Shown: positions 1 to 11,106 of the stretch, piece after piece
Layout: each line of letters opens with the position of its first letter
How positions within the stretch are numbered: the first letter of the stretch is position 1
Sequence record: SRR20825010_2279
DNA length: 64,000 bases
Strand: one strand, 5' to 3'
Translations under genes and position numbers: made by a program
Notes under the pieces: generated by a model
What the model was told of the DNA's origin: nothing
The model's input: the letters and a program-made list of their open reading frames with translations, nothing else
Database searches by the model: none

Positions 1-88
1 TTTAAATAAAATACATATCGAACTCACGTTTATTAAGATTTAAACATTGAATTACCTATTGAGTTGTTTGAGTTAGTTGTTTTTCAAG

Positions 89-116
89 ACCCATTTCACG
101 AATGTGGAATGGGTTT
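89..116 (+). terminator. Stem-loop upstream of susC (terminator of upstream gene or leader structure)
   Basis: ACCCATTTCAC-gaat-GTGGAATGGGT inverted repeat followed by a short T run. Confidence 0.5.
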
Positions 117-243
117 AAAAAAGTAGCCGACAATACATCCAAAATAAAACCCAAATAGAATATGAACAGAGGCATTTAAAAATTAGCTCGAAAAGAATTT
201 TTCAAACATTAACATCAACCGATTAATAATTTAAACTAGATCA

Positions 244-3200
244 ATGAAAAAACTAATTACAAAAGGATTCTTCCTACTCATGTTGTTCCTCAGTTGTGCA
301 ATACAAGCTCAGGAAATGGAAGTTAAAGGAATGGTGACAGATTTGGCAGAAGTTCCCTTATCAGGGGCTTCAATTACGATAAAAGGTACTTCCAAGGGAG
401 TCGTAGCGGATTTTGACGGTAACTACAGTATTAATACGTCCAAAGGGGATGTATTGATATTTTCCTATCTCGGGTACCTATCCCAAGAAATCCAGGTAAA
501 TGACAATAGTACCATAAATGCCAAACTAGAAGAAGATGCCGCTTTATTGGAAGAAGTCGTCGTTGTAGGTTTTGGGATACAAAAAAAGGCTAATGTAACG
601 GGAGCCACAGGTTCCGTAGATATGGAGGATATTTTAGCGAACCGTCCTATAACAAACCCCATTGAGGCCATACAGGGAACTATTCCTGGATTACAGATAA
701 CCACTAATTCAGGACAACCTGGAGCCTCTGGTTTGGGCATCAATATTAGGGGAACAACTTCCATTAACGGAGGTAGTCCATTAATTCTTATGAACAATGT
801 ACCAGTATCCGTAGATGATATCAACCCTCAGGATGTACAATCCATTACCGTCTTAAAAGATGCCTCGGCAACTTCTATTTATGGAGCTAGGGCCGCATTT
901 GGTGTAATTTTAATTACTACTAAAACTCCGGCTACCGACCAGCCCATTAAATTCAATTATTCTTCTACCTTTAGTTTCTTATATCCAGAGGATATCCCTG
1001 ACAAAGCCTCCACCTATTCATTTATAAATGCTATCAACGACTGGGGTACCAATCCATTTTGGACAGGTCAAGATATTCCTGCCTGGGTGGGCTTTTTGGA
1101 TGAGTACCAGGAAGATCCATCTTCATATCCCCTTGGATATGCGGAATTTAATGGGTTGCGTTATCCATTGGCGGATACCGATTTGATAGGGGAATGGATA
1201 AACGATCTTGGATTTACCCAAATACATAATTTTGATTTTAGCGGGGGAGGCGAAAAAACAAGCTATAGAATTTCTGCTGGTTTCAGTGACGAGGATGGCA
1301 TTATTATAACAAGGAATGATAGCTTTAAAAAATATAATGTAAACGCTTCGTTAACAAGTAAACTTACCTCCAAATTAACGTCCACGACCAATATCATTTA
1401 CAGGAATAGTACTAGGAGAACACCGCTGGGAAGCTACAGTAATTCAATAAGTTTCAACCCTTATACCCCTGCCAGGGGTAACCACATCTTCGAAGATGGC
1501 ACGGAGGTACCATATGACACCCCGGCCAATCGAGAATTACTAAAAGTTGCTCCTAAAATTCTCAACGACAATATTAGGTTCTTCCAAAAACTGGATTTCA
1601 ATTTGGCCAAAGGTCTTAACCTGATCGGAGAATATACTTTTGAGAAAAAAAACCTAACCAGAACAACTAGTGACAATCAAATCTTGACCGTTAATCCAGA
1701 AAGATTTGTTTTAAACGCTGTAGATCCTGTGAACACTTTTTTCCGAAAAGAAAATACCCAGACCAATTACAATGCGTTAAATTTTTACGGTAAATATGAT
1801 AAGGGTATAGGTAAGCACAACTTTAGTATTCTAGCCGGAGTAAACAGTGAAGAAAATAGCTTTGAATCATTTGATGCCCAAAGAAACAATCTTATAAATG
1901 TTGACCTCCCCTCCCTTTCAGGTGCAACAGGTGCTCAAACGACGGATGACTCTTATGGAGAATGGTCGGTATTGGGTTATTTCGGAAGGCTCAACTATAA
2001 CTTCGCTGAGAAGTACTTTTTGGAAGTGAGCGGCAGATATGATGGCTCCTCCCGTTTTCCTGAGGGTAACAGATTTGGCTTCTTTCCTTCCTTTTCCGGA
2101 GGTTGGCACTTGGGCCGGGAATCTTTTATGAAGTCTGTTGGATTTTTATCCAGCCTAAAACTGAGAGGCTCTTGGGGAGAAATAGGAAACCAAAACACCA
2201 CCTCACTATATCCTGCAGTTCCTGGGCTTGGTATAACCGACTATGGGGATACAGGGACAATAAACTGGCTGAACGAAGAAACGGGTACTCGTTATTCAAC
2301 TTTACTTCTTCCCAATTTGGTTAGTTCTACTTTCACTTGGGAAACGGTTCAAACTCTAAATCTTGGGTTCGATGCTGCATTTTTTAAGAACAGACTTTCT
2401 ACCTCCTTTGATTGGTTCAACAGAAAAACTTTGGATATGTTGGCTCCTGGCTCAGAACTTCCAGGAATTTTAGGAGCCGCGGCACCCTTGGAAAACGTGG
2501 CGGATCTGGAGTCCCAAGGATGGGAATTAGGTATTTCATGGAACGATAAAATAGGGGAGTTTAGCTATAATATAGGGGCTACTCTTTATGATTATAATTC
2601 CAAAATTACCAAATTTGACAATCCTGCGGGCCTTTTGAGCCAATATTATGTTGGCCAAGAGTTGGGAGAAATTTGGGGCTATACCACGGATGGTTACTAC
2701 ACCGTTGACGATTTTGAGCCTGGTACACTTAACGAAGACCCCAATAGTCCAAATTATTTGACTGGTGGCACCTTAAAAGCTGGAACCCCATATTGGGAAG
2801 GACGTACACAAAATCCCGGGGATATAAAATATATCGATCAAGATGGAGATGGGATAATCACTGATGGTAATAACACCCTGGAAGATTCTGGAGATAGAAC
2901 CATTATTGGCAATTCTACCCGAAATTATCAATATGGGTTTTTTGGTAATTTTAAATATAAAAATTTCGACTTTTCGTTTCTGGCCAACGGCGTTGGAAAA
3001 CGGGACGTTTATGTTAACAATAGGGTCCGCTTTCCTTATTTGGACGAATTTTCTGTAGTTTATAAATCTCAGTTGGACTATTGGACCCCAGACAATAGGG
3101 ATGCATTTTTCCCTAGAAACTACCCCTTGGGTGGCGTTAATTACGGGATTAGTAGAAGTACACAGACCAAGTATATGATAAACGGCGCCTATTTAAGGAT

Positions 3201-3408
3201 AAAGAATTTAACGTTTGGTTATTCCCTACCGACGGACATTTTGAAGAAAAATGGTATAGACAAACTAAGACTTTATATTGCGGGAGAGAACCTTTTTAGT
3301 TTTAACGATTACCCAGACGGAATTAATACGGAACTGGCCACACAGGGAAGTGGGGGAATCTATCCCTTCATCAAAAGCTATTCCATAGGTCTTAACTTAA
3401 CTTTTTAA
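244..3408 (+). CDS. susC: SusC/RagA-family TonB-dependent outer membrane transporter
   Basis: Signal peptide, N-terminal CarboxypepD-like domain, plug motif LKDASATSIYGARAAFGVILITTK, C-terminal GLNLTF; followed by susD. Confidence 0.95.
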   Translation: MKKLITKGFFLLMLFLSCAIQAQEMEVKGMVTDLAEVPLSGASITIKGTSKGVVADFDGNYSINTSKGDVLIFSYLGYLSQEIQVNDNSTINAKLEEDAALLEEVVVVGFGIQKKANVTGATGSVDMEDILANRPITNPIEAIQGTIPGLQITTNSGQPGASGLGINIRGTTSINGGSPLILMNNVPVSVDDINPQDVQSITVLKDASATSIYGARAAFGVILITTKTPATDQPIKFNYSSTFSFLYPEDIPDKASTYSFINAINDWGTNPFWTGQDIPAWVGFLDEYQEDPSSYPLGYAEFNGLRYPLADTDLIGEWINDLGFTQIHNFDFSGGGEKTSYRISAGFSDEDGIIITRNDSFKKYNVNASLTSKLTSKLTSTTNIIYRNSTRRTPLGSYSNSISFNPYTPARGNHIFEDGTEVPYDTPANRELLKVAPKILNDNIRFFQKLDFNLAKGLNLIGEYTFEKKNLTRTTSDNQILTVNPERFVLNAVDPVNTFFRKENTQTNYNALNFYGKYDKGIGKHNFSILAGVNSEENSFESFDAQRNNLINVDLPSLSGATGAQTTDDSYGEWSVLGYFGRLNYNFAEKYFLEVSGRYDGSSRFPEGNRFGFFPSFSGGWHLGRESFMKSVGFLSSLKLRGSWGEIGNQNTTSLYPAVPGLGITDYGDTGTINWLNEETGTRYSTLLLPNLVSSTFTWETVQTLNLGFDAAFFKNRLSTSFDWFNRKTLDMLAPGSELPGILGAAAPLENVADLESQGWELGISWNDKIGEFSYNIGATLYDYNSKITKFDNPAGLLSQYYVGQELGEIWGYTTDGYYTVDDFEPGTLNEDPNSPNYLTGGTLKAGTPYWEGRTQNPGDIKYIDQDGDGIITDGNNTLEDSGDRTIIGNSTRNYQYGFFGNFKYKNFDFSFLANGVGKRDVYVNNRVRFPYLDEFSVVYKSQLDYWTPDNRDAFFPRNYPLGGVNYGISRSTQTKYMINGAYLRIKNLTFGYSLPTDILKKNGIDKLRLYIAGENLFSFNDYPDGINTELATQGSGGIYPFIKSYSIGLNLTF

Positions 3409-3418
3409 TTTCAGAGAG

Positions 3419-5200
3419 ATGAAAAAAATATATACAAGAGTAATAATTCTTTTAACCTTTATCGGAAGTTCCTGTTCAGATGAAATATTGGAAAAACTTC
3501 CAAAAGATCAATTAACGGTATCAACCACCTTTACAACCAATAGCAATTTTGAAACCTATGCCTGGTCCATGTATGCCAATTCCTTTCCTGGGTATTGGGA
3601 CTTAACTCCAATCAATAGGGAAATGGGAAGTGACCTTTTGGTCAATAATGCGGGAACCCAAGGGGATGAACTTTTATGGCAAAGAAAGACCGTGCCCTCT
3701 TCCTCCAGTCTCTGGAGTAACTCTTATATTAATATACGGCGCGCTAACCTAATGTTAGACAACATAGACAATAGTGAATTAACGGACGGTGAAAAACAAC
3801 ACTGGAAAGGTGTCGGACTTTTTTTCCGAGCCTATGAATACGTGCAGTTGATCGCCAATTATGGAGAAGTGCCATGGGTAGACAAATCCCTTACCGAAGT
3901 GGACGAAGATATCCTATACGGTCCTAAAACCAGTAGAAATGAATTGTCCCAATTTGTATTGAATGATCTATTGGAGGCTGAAAACATAATTAATCCTGAA
4001 GGTAGTGGACCCAATACTATAAATACGGATGTTGTTCGTGCCCTAATTTCAAGATTTGGTCTTTACGAAGGTACTTGGAGGAAATATCATGGTCTTGGTG
4101 ATGAAACTCGATATCTACAGGCTAGCGTTGACGCCAGCGCTCAGTTAATTGCCGATCATCCCAATCTACATTCCAGTTATGACGAGGTATTTAATAGTGA
4201 GACCCTAAATGGGGTAGAAGGAATTTTGTTGTACAAAGCCTATGAGTTTGGAGTCCAGAACGGAAGATGGTCCCATTACAACAGAAGTTCCATAGGTCAC
4301 CGGGACCTTACCAAAAAAGCCGTGGACCAATATCTGTGCTTGGACGGTGAGACGATCCATACAAGTGATTTATTTGATGGGGAACAAGATGCCTATGACG
4401 AATTTAGAAATCGTGACCACAGATTGTACTTCAATACCCCTCCACCGTTTAGGGTATACACTGGTGGTCAAAACCAATTAACCTGGGAATATGATTCCGA
4501 CCCAAAGAGTAGGGAATATATAGATTTAATGGCCACTCTAAGTGATGATACCCATAAAACACTGCCAACAATAAATTGGCGGGGCCTTGTGGTAAGAACC
4601 TCCCCTCACTTTAGAAAATTTAACGAAGGACATGGGTATAATGTAACTTATACCGGATACGCCTTCTATAAATTCTCGAATAAAATAAGTAGGCTACAAA
4701 ATAGGGATTCCCACGATGCCCCAATATTTAGAATGGGAGAGGTATTTTTAAATCATGCGGAGGCCATGTATGAATTGGGGCAATTTACCCAAGAAGTAGC
4801 GGATGCTACCATCAATAAATTAAGAACCAGAGGAGCCGTGGCACCCTTGAACTTGGCAAGTATCCCCGATGACCCTACCAGGGATGCAGACGTAGCGCCT
4901 GCGCTGTGGGAAATAAGGCGCGAACGAGGTATAGAATTCCTAGGAGAGGGCTTGGGAAGGGTATTCGATATTAAGCGTTGGAAAAAGCTAGTAGAATATG
5001 GTGCCGAGGAAAAGTTGGGAAGATGGGTTGTTAATTCCGATTATGGCAACAATTTACCTGTCCAAGGAGGAGCTGCAGAAGGTTATGTGTCTCCTTTTGG
5101 AATGCCGCCAGGGGTTCCCGAACATTATTATTTGGAACCCATACCTTCCGACCAAATAGTGTTAAATCCCCAGCTGGAACAGAACCCAGGATGGGAATAG
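3419..5200 (+). CDS. susD: SusD/RagB-family nutrient-binding lipoprotein
   Basis: Lipoprotein Cys (SSC), FRMGEVFLNHAEA, EIRRERGIEF and C-terminal LEQNPGW motifs. Confidence 0.95.
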   Translation: MKKIYTRVIILLTFIGSSCSDEILEKLPKDQLTVSTTFTTNSNFETYAWSMYANSFPGYWDLTPINREMGSDLLVNNAGTQGDELLWQRKTVPSSSSLWSNSYINIRRANLMLDNIDNSELTDGEKQHWKGVGLFFRAYEYVQLIANYGEVPWVDKSLTEVDEDILYGPKTSRNELSQFVLNDLLEAENIINPEGSGPNTINTDVVRALISRFGLYEGTWRKYHGLGDETRYLQASVDASAQLIADHPNLHSSYDEVFNSETLNGVEGILLYKAYEFGVQNGRWSHYNRSSIGHRDLTKKAVDQYLCLDGETIHTSDLFDGEQDAYDEFRNRDHRLYFNTPPPFRVYTGGQNQLTWEYDSDPKSREYIDLMATLSDDTHKTLPTINWRGLVVRTSPHFRKFNEGHGYNVTYTGYAFYKFSNKISRLQNRDSHDAPIFRMGEVFLNHAEAMYELGQFTQEVADATINKLRTRGAVAPLNLASIPDDPTRDADVAPALWEIRRERGIEFLGEGLGRVFDIKRWKKLVEYGAEEKLGRWVVNSDYGNNLPVQGGAAEGYVSPFGMPPGVPEHYYLEPIPSDQIVLNPQLEQNPGWE

Positions 5201-5236
5201 ATATAACTTTTTGAGTTACTATAATTAGTTTAAATT

Positions 5237-5273
5237 TGGGATGCCCTGTTGTAAAAACGGGCATCCCATTTTT
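5237..5273 (+). terminator. Rho-independent terminator after susD
   Basis: TGGGATGCCC...GGGCATCCCA stem followed by TTTTT. Confidence 0.85.
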
Positions 5274-5404
5274 AATTATACTGAATGTTTACTATTTAGT
5301 TTTGTCACTTAATCTTATAAATAGGTTCTATTTATGAAAATAACTCATATGTGCCCAACTATTTTGAGTTTAATATTAACTTCCAAATAAGCTATTCTCA
5401 ATAA

Positions 5405-6799
5405 ATGAAACCCAATTTCCATATTTTAATCTATCTATTCTCATTTGCATTATTCTCACAAAAAAGCCATGATAAGACCAACGCAACAGATGATAGACCC
5501 AACTTTGTTTTTATTGTTGCCGATGACCTTGGCTATGGGGATTTAGGTTTTACCGGAAGTACACAAATAAAGACCCCTAACATAGATAAACTGGCTCAAA
5601 CGGGGATTTTTTGTTCCCAGGGCTACGTTTCCTCTGCTGTTTGTAGTCCGTCAAGAGCTGGTTTTATCACTGGAATCAATCAGGTAGAGTTTGGACATGA
5701 CAACAATCTAGCTCACTCCCAACCAGGATTCGACCCCCAATTCCTTGGTTTGCCCATAGGACAGAAGACCATAGCCGATTATTTAAAACCTTTGGGCTAC
5801 ATAAGTGGCATTATTGGGAAATGGCATTTGGGTTATGAGGATCAATTTCATCCCCTAAATAGAGGTTTCGATGAATTTTGGGGATATCGTGGTGGCGGAC
5901 ACGATTACTTCACTTCCAATCCGGAAGCAAAGGGATACATGGCCCCCATTGAATGCAATTACAAAATCCCACAGCCTATCACCTATATCACAGACGACAA
6001 GGGTGATGAATGTGTCGATTTTATAAAACGTCATAAAAAAGAGCCGTTCCTTCTTTTTGCCTCCTTTAATGCCCCACACACACCTATGCAGGCTACCAAA
6101 GCCGATTTGGCATTATACGACCATATAAAGGATAGTAAAAGACGGACGTACGCGGCAATGGTACATAGGCTTGACGTTAATGTGGGTAGAATTATAGGTG
6201 CTTTAAAAGAATATAGTTTGGACAAAAATACTCTTGTCGTTTTTATAAGCGACAATGGGGGACCTATTGATAACGGTTCCATCAACTCCCCGTACAACGG
6301 TAAAAAAGGCACCTTATTGGAAGGCGGGGTACATGTTCCATTTATATTAAATTGGCCCAAAACCCTGCCCTCTGGAGAAACCTACTCTCACATGGTTTCA
6401 TCGCTTGACATTGTCCCAACCTTTTTGGCTTTTGCAGGTGGAAATGTAAAAGAATACCCTTTTAGCGGTACCAATCTAATGCCTTATCTTATGAATGGTA
6501 GCAAGCAAATACCCCATGACAATCTCATGTGGCGCTTTACCATAAGTGCAGCCATAAGGGAAGGGCACTATAAATTGATCCGACTTCCAGATCGATTGCC
6601 ACTTTTGTTTCACCTTCCTTCAGATATTTCTGAGCAGCATAATATAGCCCTTGACAACTTGGATATCACGCGAGACCTCTTAGAAAAATTAGGAAAGTGG
6701 GATGTTTCCCTCCCCCATCCCCTATTTTTGGAAGGAGCAGAATGGAAAAAACAACAGCTTTACCAATACAACGTTAATTATCCTTTAATACAACCATAG
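5405..6799 (+). CDS. Formylglycine-dependent (Cys-type, S1) sulfatase
   Basis: PNFVFIVADDLGYGD, CSPSR signature, GKWHLG, SDNGG. Confidence 0.93.
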   Translation: MKPNFHILIYLFSFALFSQKSHDKTNATDDRPNFVFIVADDLGYGDLGFTGSTQIKTPNIDKLAQTGIFCSQGYVSSAVCSPSRAGFITGINQVEFGHDNNLAHSQPGFDPQFLGLPIGQKTIADYLKPLGYISGIIGKWHLGYEDQFHPLNRGFDEFWGYRGGGHDYFTSNPEAKGYMAPIECNYKIPQPITYITDDKGDECVDFIKRHKKEPFLLFASFNAPHTPMQATKADLALYDHIKDSKRRTYAAMVHRLDVNVGRIIGALKEYSLDKNTLVVFISDNGGPIDNGSINSPYNGKKGTLLEGGVHVPFILNWPKTLPSGETYSHMVSSLDIVPTFLAFAGGNVKEYPFSGTNLMPYLMNGSKQIPHDNLMWRFTISAAIREGHYKLIRLPDRLPLLFHLPSDISEQHNIALDNLDITRDLLEKLGKWDVSLPHPLFLEGAEWKKQQLYQYNVNYPLIQP

Positions 6800-6814
6800 T
6801 ATAAATCTAGATAT

Positions 6815-9433
6815 ATGAACAGAAGAAAATATATAAAGACCATAGCACTGGGAACCCTATTGCCCAGTTTTTCCGCTTCGGCATTTCCCTTTGGGACAAT
6901 AAGCCAAGAAAATTTACTTGAAGACATACAATTTAAAAGTAATTGGCACAACTGGCCCGATATGAAATGGGTAGGTCCGGAATACTGGGGAAACCGACTC
7001 CAGGATTGGCGCCTAAAAGATGGCATGGCCGTTTGTAACATAAGTGCAGGAAATAGAAACCTGCAATTATTAACGGTTCAAAAAACAGATTCCATAACCC
7101 CATTGGAAGTTAGTGTGGATATTACCCTATTGAACAAGAGTATTGCCAATACCGATGAGGGATGCCTAGGTATGCAATTGGGATGTAGTGGTCCTTTTGA
7201 TGATTACCGATCGGCGGCTGTCTTTGGCAAAGGGTTGGACATTGGTCTTAACCCCAACGGAAAACTACAGGTAAGCGGACAGCTCTTTGATACCGGCCTA
7301 AATAAAATACCTGAAACCTTTCGTTTGGAAGTGCATTTAGAGCCTTACAATGATAAATACCGATTGAAGGTTGTGGTCTTGGAGCCGATAACAAACACCT
7401 TGATCCATACCCAAGAAGATATATATGTCGATGGTAAAAACCTAGTAGGGAATTTTGCCCTACTGGCCGATATAAAAACAGACAAGAGCCATGCCTCCCA
7501 ACCTTTGGCCGGCTATTCCAACTGGAATATAACTGCAGATAATCTTATTTCAAACAAAGACCAATTATACGGCCCCATTTGCTTTGCCCAATACACCCTT
7601 CACGATAAAAAGTTAAAACTCACCGCACAATTAGCGCCAATAGAAGAAATTGAAGGCAATTCCGTTCAGCTCCAATTCAAGGAACAGGGCGTTTGGAAAA
7701 CCATAACAAATACCCAGTTGGAACATATAGGTAGGGCGGTAAACTTCGTAGTTGAAAATTGGAACGCCAACTCGGATATTGCTTACCGAATATTGGTGGA
7801 AATCCCACTAAAAAATGAAATCCACCAATACACCTATGAAGGTACTATAGCCCAAGAGCCATTAAATAAAGAATCCGTTTCAGCAGCTGTTTTTAGCTGT
7901 AATTTCCACTATGGTTTCCCTGATAACGACGTTCATGAAAATGTAGCCAAATTAAACCCGGATATCATTCTTTTCCTTGGGGATCAGTTTTACGAAGGTA
8001 CTGGTGGATTTGGGGCAGAACGAAGCGGTGACCTGGACGACCTATGTCTGGATTATCTCCGAAAGTGGATGATGTTCGGTTGGTCTTACCGCGAACTCTT
8101 TAGACATAAACCCTGCGCCATAATCCCGGATGACCATGATGTCTATCACGGTAATGTATGGGGCGAGAGCGGAAAAAAGGCCGATACCAGTGAAGGCCAT
8201 GGCATGTTGGCCCAAGATTCCGGAGGCTACAAAATGCCTGCGGAATGGGTAAACATGGTGCAATTTACCCAAACCAGTCATTTACCCGACCCCTTCGACC
8301 CTAGCCCGGTTAAACAAAATATCGGTGTCTACTACACGCACTGGAACTACGGGGGCATTAGTTTTGCCATCCTAGAGGATCGAAAATTCAAATCCGCCCC
8401 CAAGCATGTTCTACCGCCCGAAGCCCAGGTAAGGAACGGATGGATACAAAATAAAGATTTCGACATAAAACAATACAGGGATCTAGATGCCACACTTTTG
8501 GGGCAGCGGCAACACGATTTTATAGATCATTGGACCCAGGATTGGAATAATGGGGCCGAAATAAAAGTGGTGCTATCGCAGACCAATTTTGCCACTGTGG
8601 CCACCTTGCCCAAAACAGCTTTAAATGATGACGTGGTTCCCTCCTTACCTATTCCCGAAAAAGGAGAATACGTACTCGGTGATGTCCCTACCGTGGACAT
8701 GGATTCCAATGGCTGGCCAGCAAACAAAAGGGATAAGGCCGTTGAGGCTATCAGAAAATGCTATGCATTTCATATTGCCGGCGACCAACATTTGGGAAGT
8801 TTTATCCAATATGGCACTGATGAGCACGGAGACAGCGGTTACGCCTTTGCAGGTCCTGCCCTGAACAATATTTGGCCCAGAAGGTTCTGGCCAGAAGTAA
8901 ATAGTGACTCCCATACCTATGATGACCCCGCTTATGTAGGGAACCATGTGGACGGATTTGGTAATAAACTATCGGTACATGCTGTGGGCAATCCTTTCGA
9001 TACCGGGATTGAGCCGGCCATTATACATAATAGGGCAACCGGTTATGGCCTGGTAACCTTCAACAAAAAAGACAGGACCATAACCACGGCCTGTTGGCCC
9101 AGATATGCCGACCCTAGCAGCGGTTCAATTGAACAATTTCCAGGGTGGCCCATCACCATTAAACAAGAAGACAATTATGGTAAAAAGGCTGTAGCATGGT
9201 TGCCTACTATAAAGGTTGCCAACGTGAGCAAACCAGTTATTTCAGTTTTCGATAATAATAATCAACTAGTTTATTCCATGCGTATGGCAGCCAACACCTT
9301 TGCCCCCAAAGTATTCGCTAAAGAAAAATATACCATTGTAATCCAAGATGTGGAAAACAATAGAAAAAAGACACTTAAGAATATTAGGGCCAAAACCGTT
9401 AACAATCGAATATTGGAAATTAACCTTGATTAA
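6815..9433 (+). CDS. Tat-exported PhoD-like metallophosphoesterase with N-terminal beta-sandwich domain
   Basis: MNRRKYIK twin-arginine-like signal; GDQFYE, PDDHDV and GDQH metal-binding motifs typical of the PhoD family. Confidence 0.7.
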   Translation: MNRRKYIKTIALGTLLPSFSASAFPFGTISQENLLEDIQFKSNWHNWPDMKWVGPEYWGNRLQDWRLKDGMAVCNISAGNRNLQLLTVQKTDSITPLEVSVDITLLNKSIANTDEGCLGMQLGCSGPFDDYRSAAVFGKGLDIGLNPNGKLQVSGQLFDTGLNKIPETFRLEVHLEPYNDKYRLKVVVLEPITNTLIHTQEDIYVDGKNLVGNFALLADIKTDKSHASQPLAGYSNWNITADNLISNKDQLYGPICFAQYTLHDKKLKLTAQLAPIEEIEGNSVQLQFKEQGVWKTITNTQLEHIGRAVNFVVENWNANSDIAYRILVEIPLKNEIHQYTYEGTIAQEPLNKESVSAAVFSCNFHYGFPDNDVHENVAKLNPDIILFLGDQFYEGTGGFGAERSGDLDDLCLDYLRKWMMFGWSYRELFRHKPCAIIPDDHDVYHGNVWGESGKKADTSEGHGMLAQDSGGYKMPAEWVNMVQFTQTSHLPDPFDPSPVKQNIGVYYTHWNYGGISFAILEDRKFKSAPKHVLPPEAQVRNGWIQNKDFDIKQYRDLDATLLGQRQHDFIDHWTQDWNNGAEIKVVLSQTNFATVATLPKTALNDDVVPSLPIPEKGEYVLGDVPTVDMDSNGWPANKRDKAVEAIRKCYAFHIAGDQHLGSFIQYGTDEHGDSGYAFAGPALNNIWPRRFWPEVNSDSHTYDDPAYVGNHVDGFGNKLSVHAVGNPFDTGIEPAIIHNRATGYGLVTFNKKDRTITTACWPRYADPSSGSIEQFPGWPITIKQEDNYGKKAVAWLPTIKVANVSKPVISVFDNNNQLVYSMRMAANTFAPKVFAKEKYTIVIQDVENNRKKTLKNIRAKTVNNRILEINLD

Positions 9434-9476
9434 ATTAACTCGGTAGTTCTATTAACGCCATATGGACCAACAAAAA

Positions 9477-9514
9477 AATCCCAAACTTTCTTAGTTTATA
9501 GAAAGTTTGGGATT
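9477..9514. terminator. Bidirectional terminator between convergent genes
   Basis: AATCCCAAACTTTCT / AGAAAGTTTGGGATT 15-bp perfect inverted repeat with an A run on the left. Confidence 0.85.
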
Positions 9515-9535
9515 AATTATAATTGTATTTAAAGC

Positions 9536-10852
9536 TTATATCACAACCGTCTTCCCTGGAGTTGGTATGTTATAAGTACCATCAGCATTTGGTTGTACCG
9601 GTGCTGGGGAATCCCAGGTTAAATTGTCCGGAGCCAGATCAATGTTGGAAGTCATGGCTTCCTCCCACTTAATTACCTTACCGGAATAAGTAGCCATTCT
9701 ACCAATGATAGCACTCATGGTACTCATGGCACCATTCTCCGCATCGGTAATAACGCCTTTGTTTCTAATAGATTCAAAAAGTTTAATATGCTCCACTTGA
9801 TAAGGGTTAGGATCATCCTTTCCACGATGGGTAAATATTTCCCCACCGGCATAATCCTTAATAAATGTATTGTCACCATAAGTTTCTATAGTACCCTTGG
9901 TACCTTGGAATGTTTCGGCTACCCTACTCATGGTTTCTGGCATATGGCGGCACTGACTGGCGATTACCGCCCCACTTGGATAGGTATATTCTACAAAGTG
10001 ATGATCAAAAATTTCCCCATGGTCCTTTCCTGTCCTTACCTGTCTTCCACCAAATCCTTGGGCCGATACTGGATATTCCCCAATAAACCAGTTGGCAACA
10101 TCTATATTGTGGATGTGCTGTTCCAAAATGTGATCTCCGCACAACCAGTTGAAATAATACCAATTGCGCATCTGGTATTCCAGCTCGGATTGTCCGGGCT
10201 GTCTTTCCCTTACCCAAACTCCGCCACTGTTCCAGTATACCTGACCGGAAACAATTTTTCCGATCTTATTATCCTTAATATGCTTTATTCCCGCCAAATA
10301 GTTGTCCTGATAATGCCTTTGAAGACCTACAACCACGTTTAATTTCTTATCCTTTGCTACTTGTGCCGCTGCCAACACCTTTCTTACTCCTGGTATGTCC
10401 GTAGCAACCGGTTTTTCCATAAATACATGCTTTCCTGCATTTACCGCATATTCAAAATGCTGTGGTCTAAATCCGGGAGGGGTAGCCAATATTACTACAT
10501 CCGCCATGTCTATAGCCTTTTCTGCGCCATCGAAACCAACAAATTGATTGGCCTTGGGAACATTTACCTTCTTGGAATCCTTAAACTCCTTCTGTAAATT
10601 CATTAAACTTCCCTGCAACCTGTCCTCGAAGGCATCGGCCATAGCCACCAATTCAACATTGGGATCCGCGTTCAAGGCCTGTTGTGCCGCACCTGTACCA
10701 CGACCACCACAACCAATCAAGGCTATCTTTAATTTCTTCTCATTAGCGACGTTTACCATAGCATTCATTTGCATGGTAGGTAAAATCATTGCCCCTGTTA
10801 CCAGTGCACTGCTTTTAACAAAATCTCTTCTACTATTTTTAATATTGGTCAT
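9536..10852 (-). CDS. Gfo/Idh/MocA-family oxidoreductase with Tat signal
   Basis: SRRDFVK signal, IGCGGRG Rossmann motif, MEKP. Confidence 0.9.
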   Translation of the reverse strand: MTNIKNSRRDFVKSSALVTGAMILPTMQMNAMVNVANEKKLKIALIGCGGRGTGAAQQALNADPNVELVAMADAFEDRLQGSLMNLQKEFKDSKKVNVPKANQFVGFDGAEKAIDMADVVILATPPGFRPQHFEYAVNAGKHVFMEKPVATDIPGVRKVLAAAQVAKDKKLNVVVGLQRHYQDNYLAGIKHIKDNKIGKIVSGQVYWNSGGVWVRERQPGQSELEYQMRNWYYFNWLCGDHILEQHIHNIDVANWFIGEYPVSAQGFGGRQVRTGKDHGEIFDHHFVEYTYPSGAVIASQCRHMPETMSRVAETFQGTKGTIETYGDNTFIKDYAGGEIFTHRGKDDPNPYQVEHIKLFESIRNKGVITDAENGAMSTMSAIIGRMATYSGKVIKWEEAMTSNIDLAPDNLTWDSPAPVQPNADGTYNIPTPGKTVVI

Positions 10853-11106
10853 GGTATTTCTTGTTTGTTTAGTTTTTCATGTTTTAAAGTTAAAAATCAT
10901 TTTGTCATTGCACCACAATAAAAAATTGAAGTTCAAGAACGGGTCGTCAAGATAGAGATTTATTTGGAAACGTACAATGTACATTTTTACAGAATACTCC
11001 CAAAAATGTTAAATAACCAATATTATCCTAAAATAGTATGTAAAAAATTGCCTTACCCTATAAATCAAAGCAATTTTATAAGTTATATGGGAAGTGGTAC
11101 TATTCC

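Noticed and set aside
9788-10342. 184-aa ORF on the plus strand, plus many other 60-170 aa ORFs such as 53861-54379
   Set aside because: Antisense or out-of-frame shadows of well-supported genes, with no recognisable motifs.
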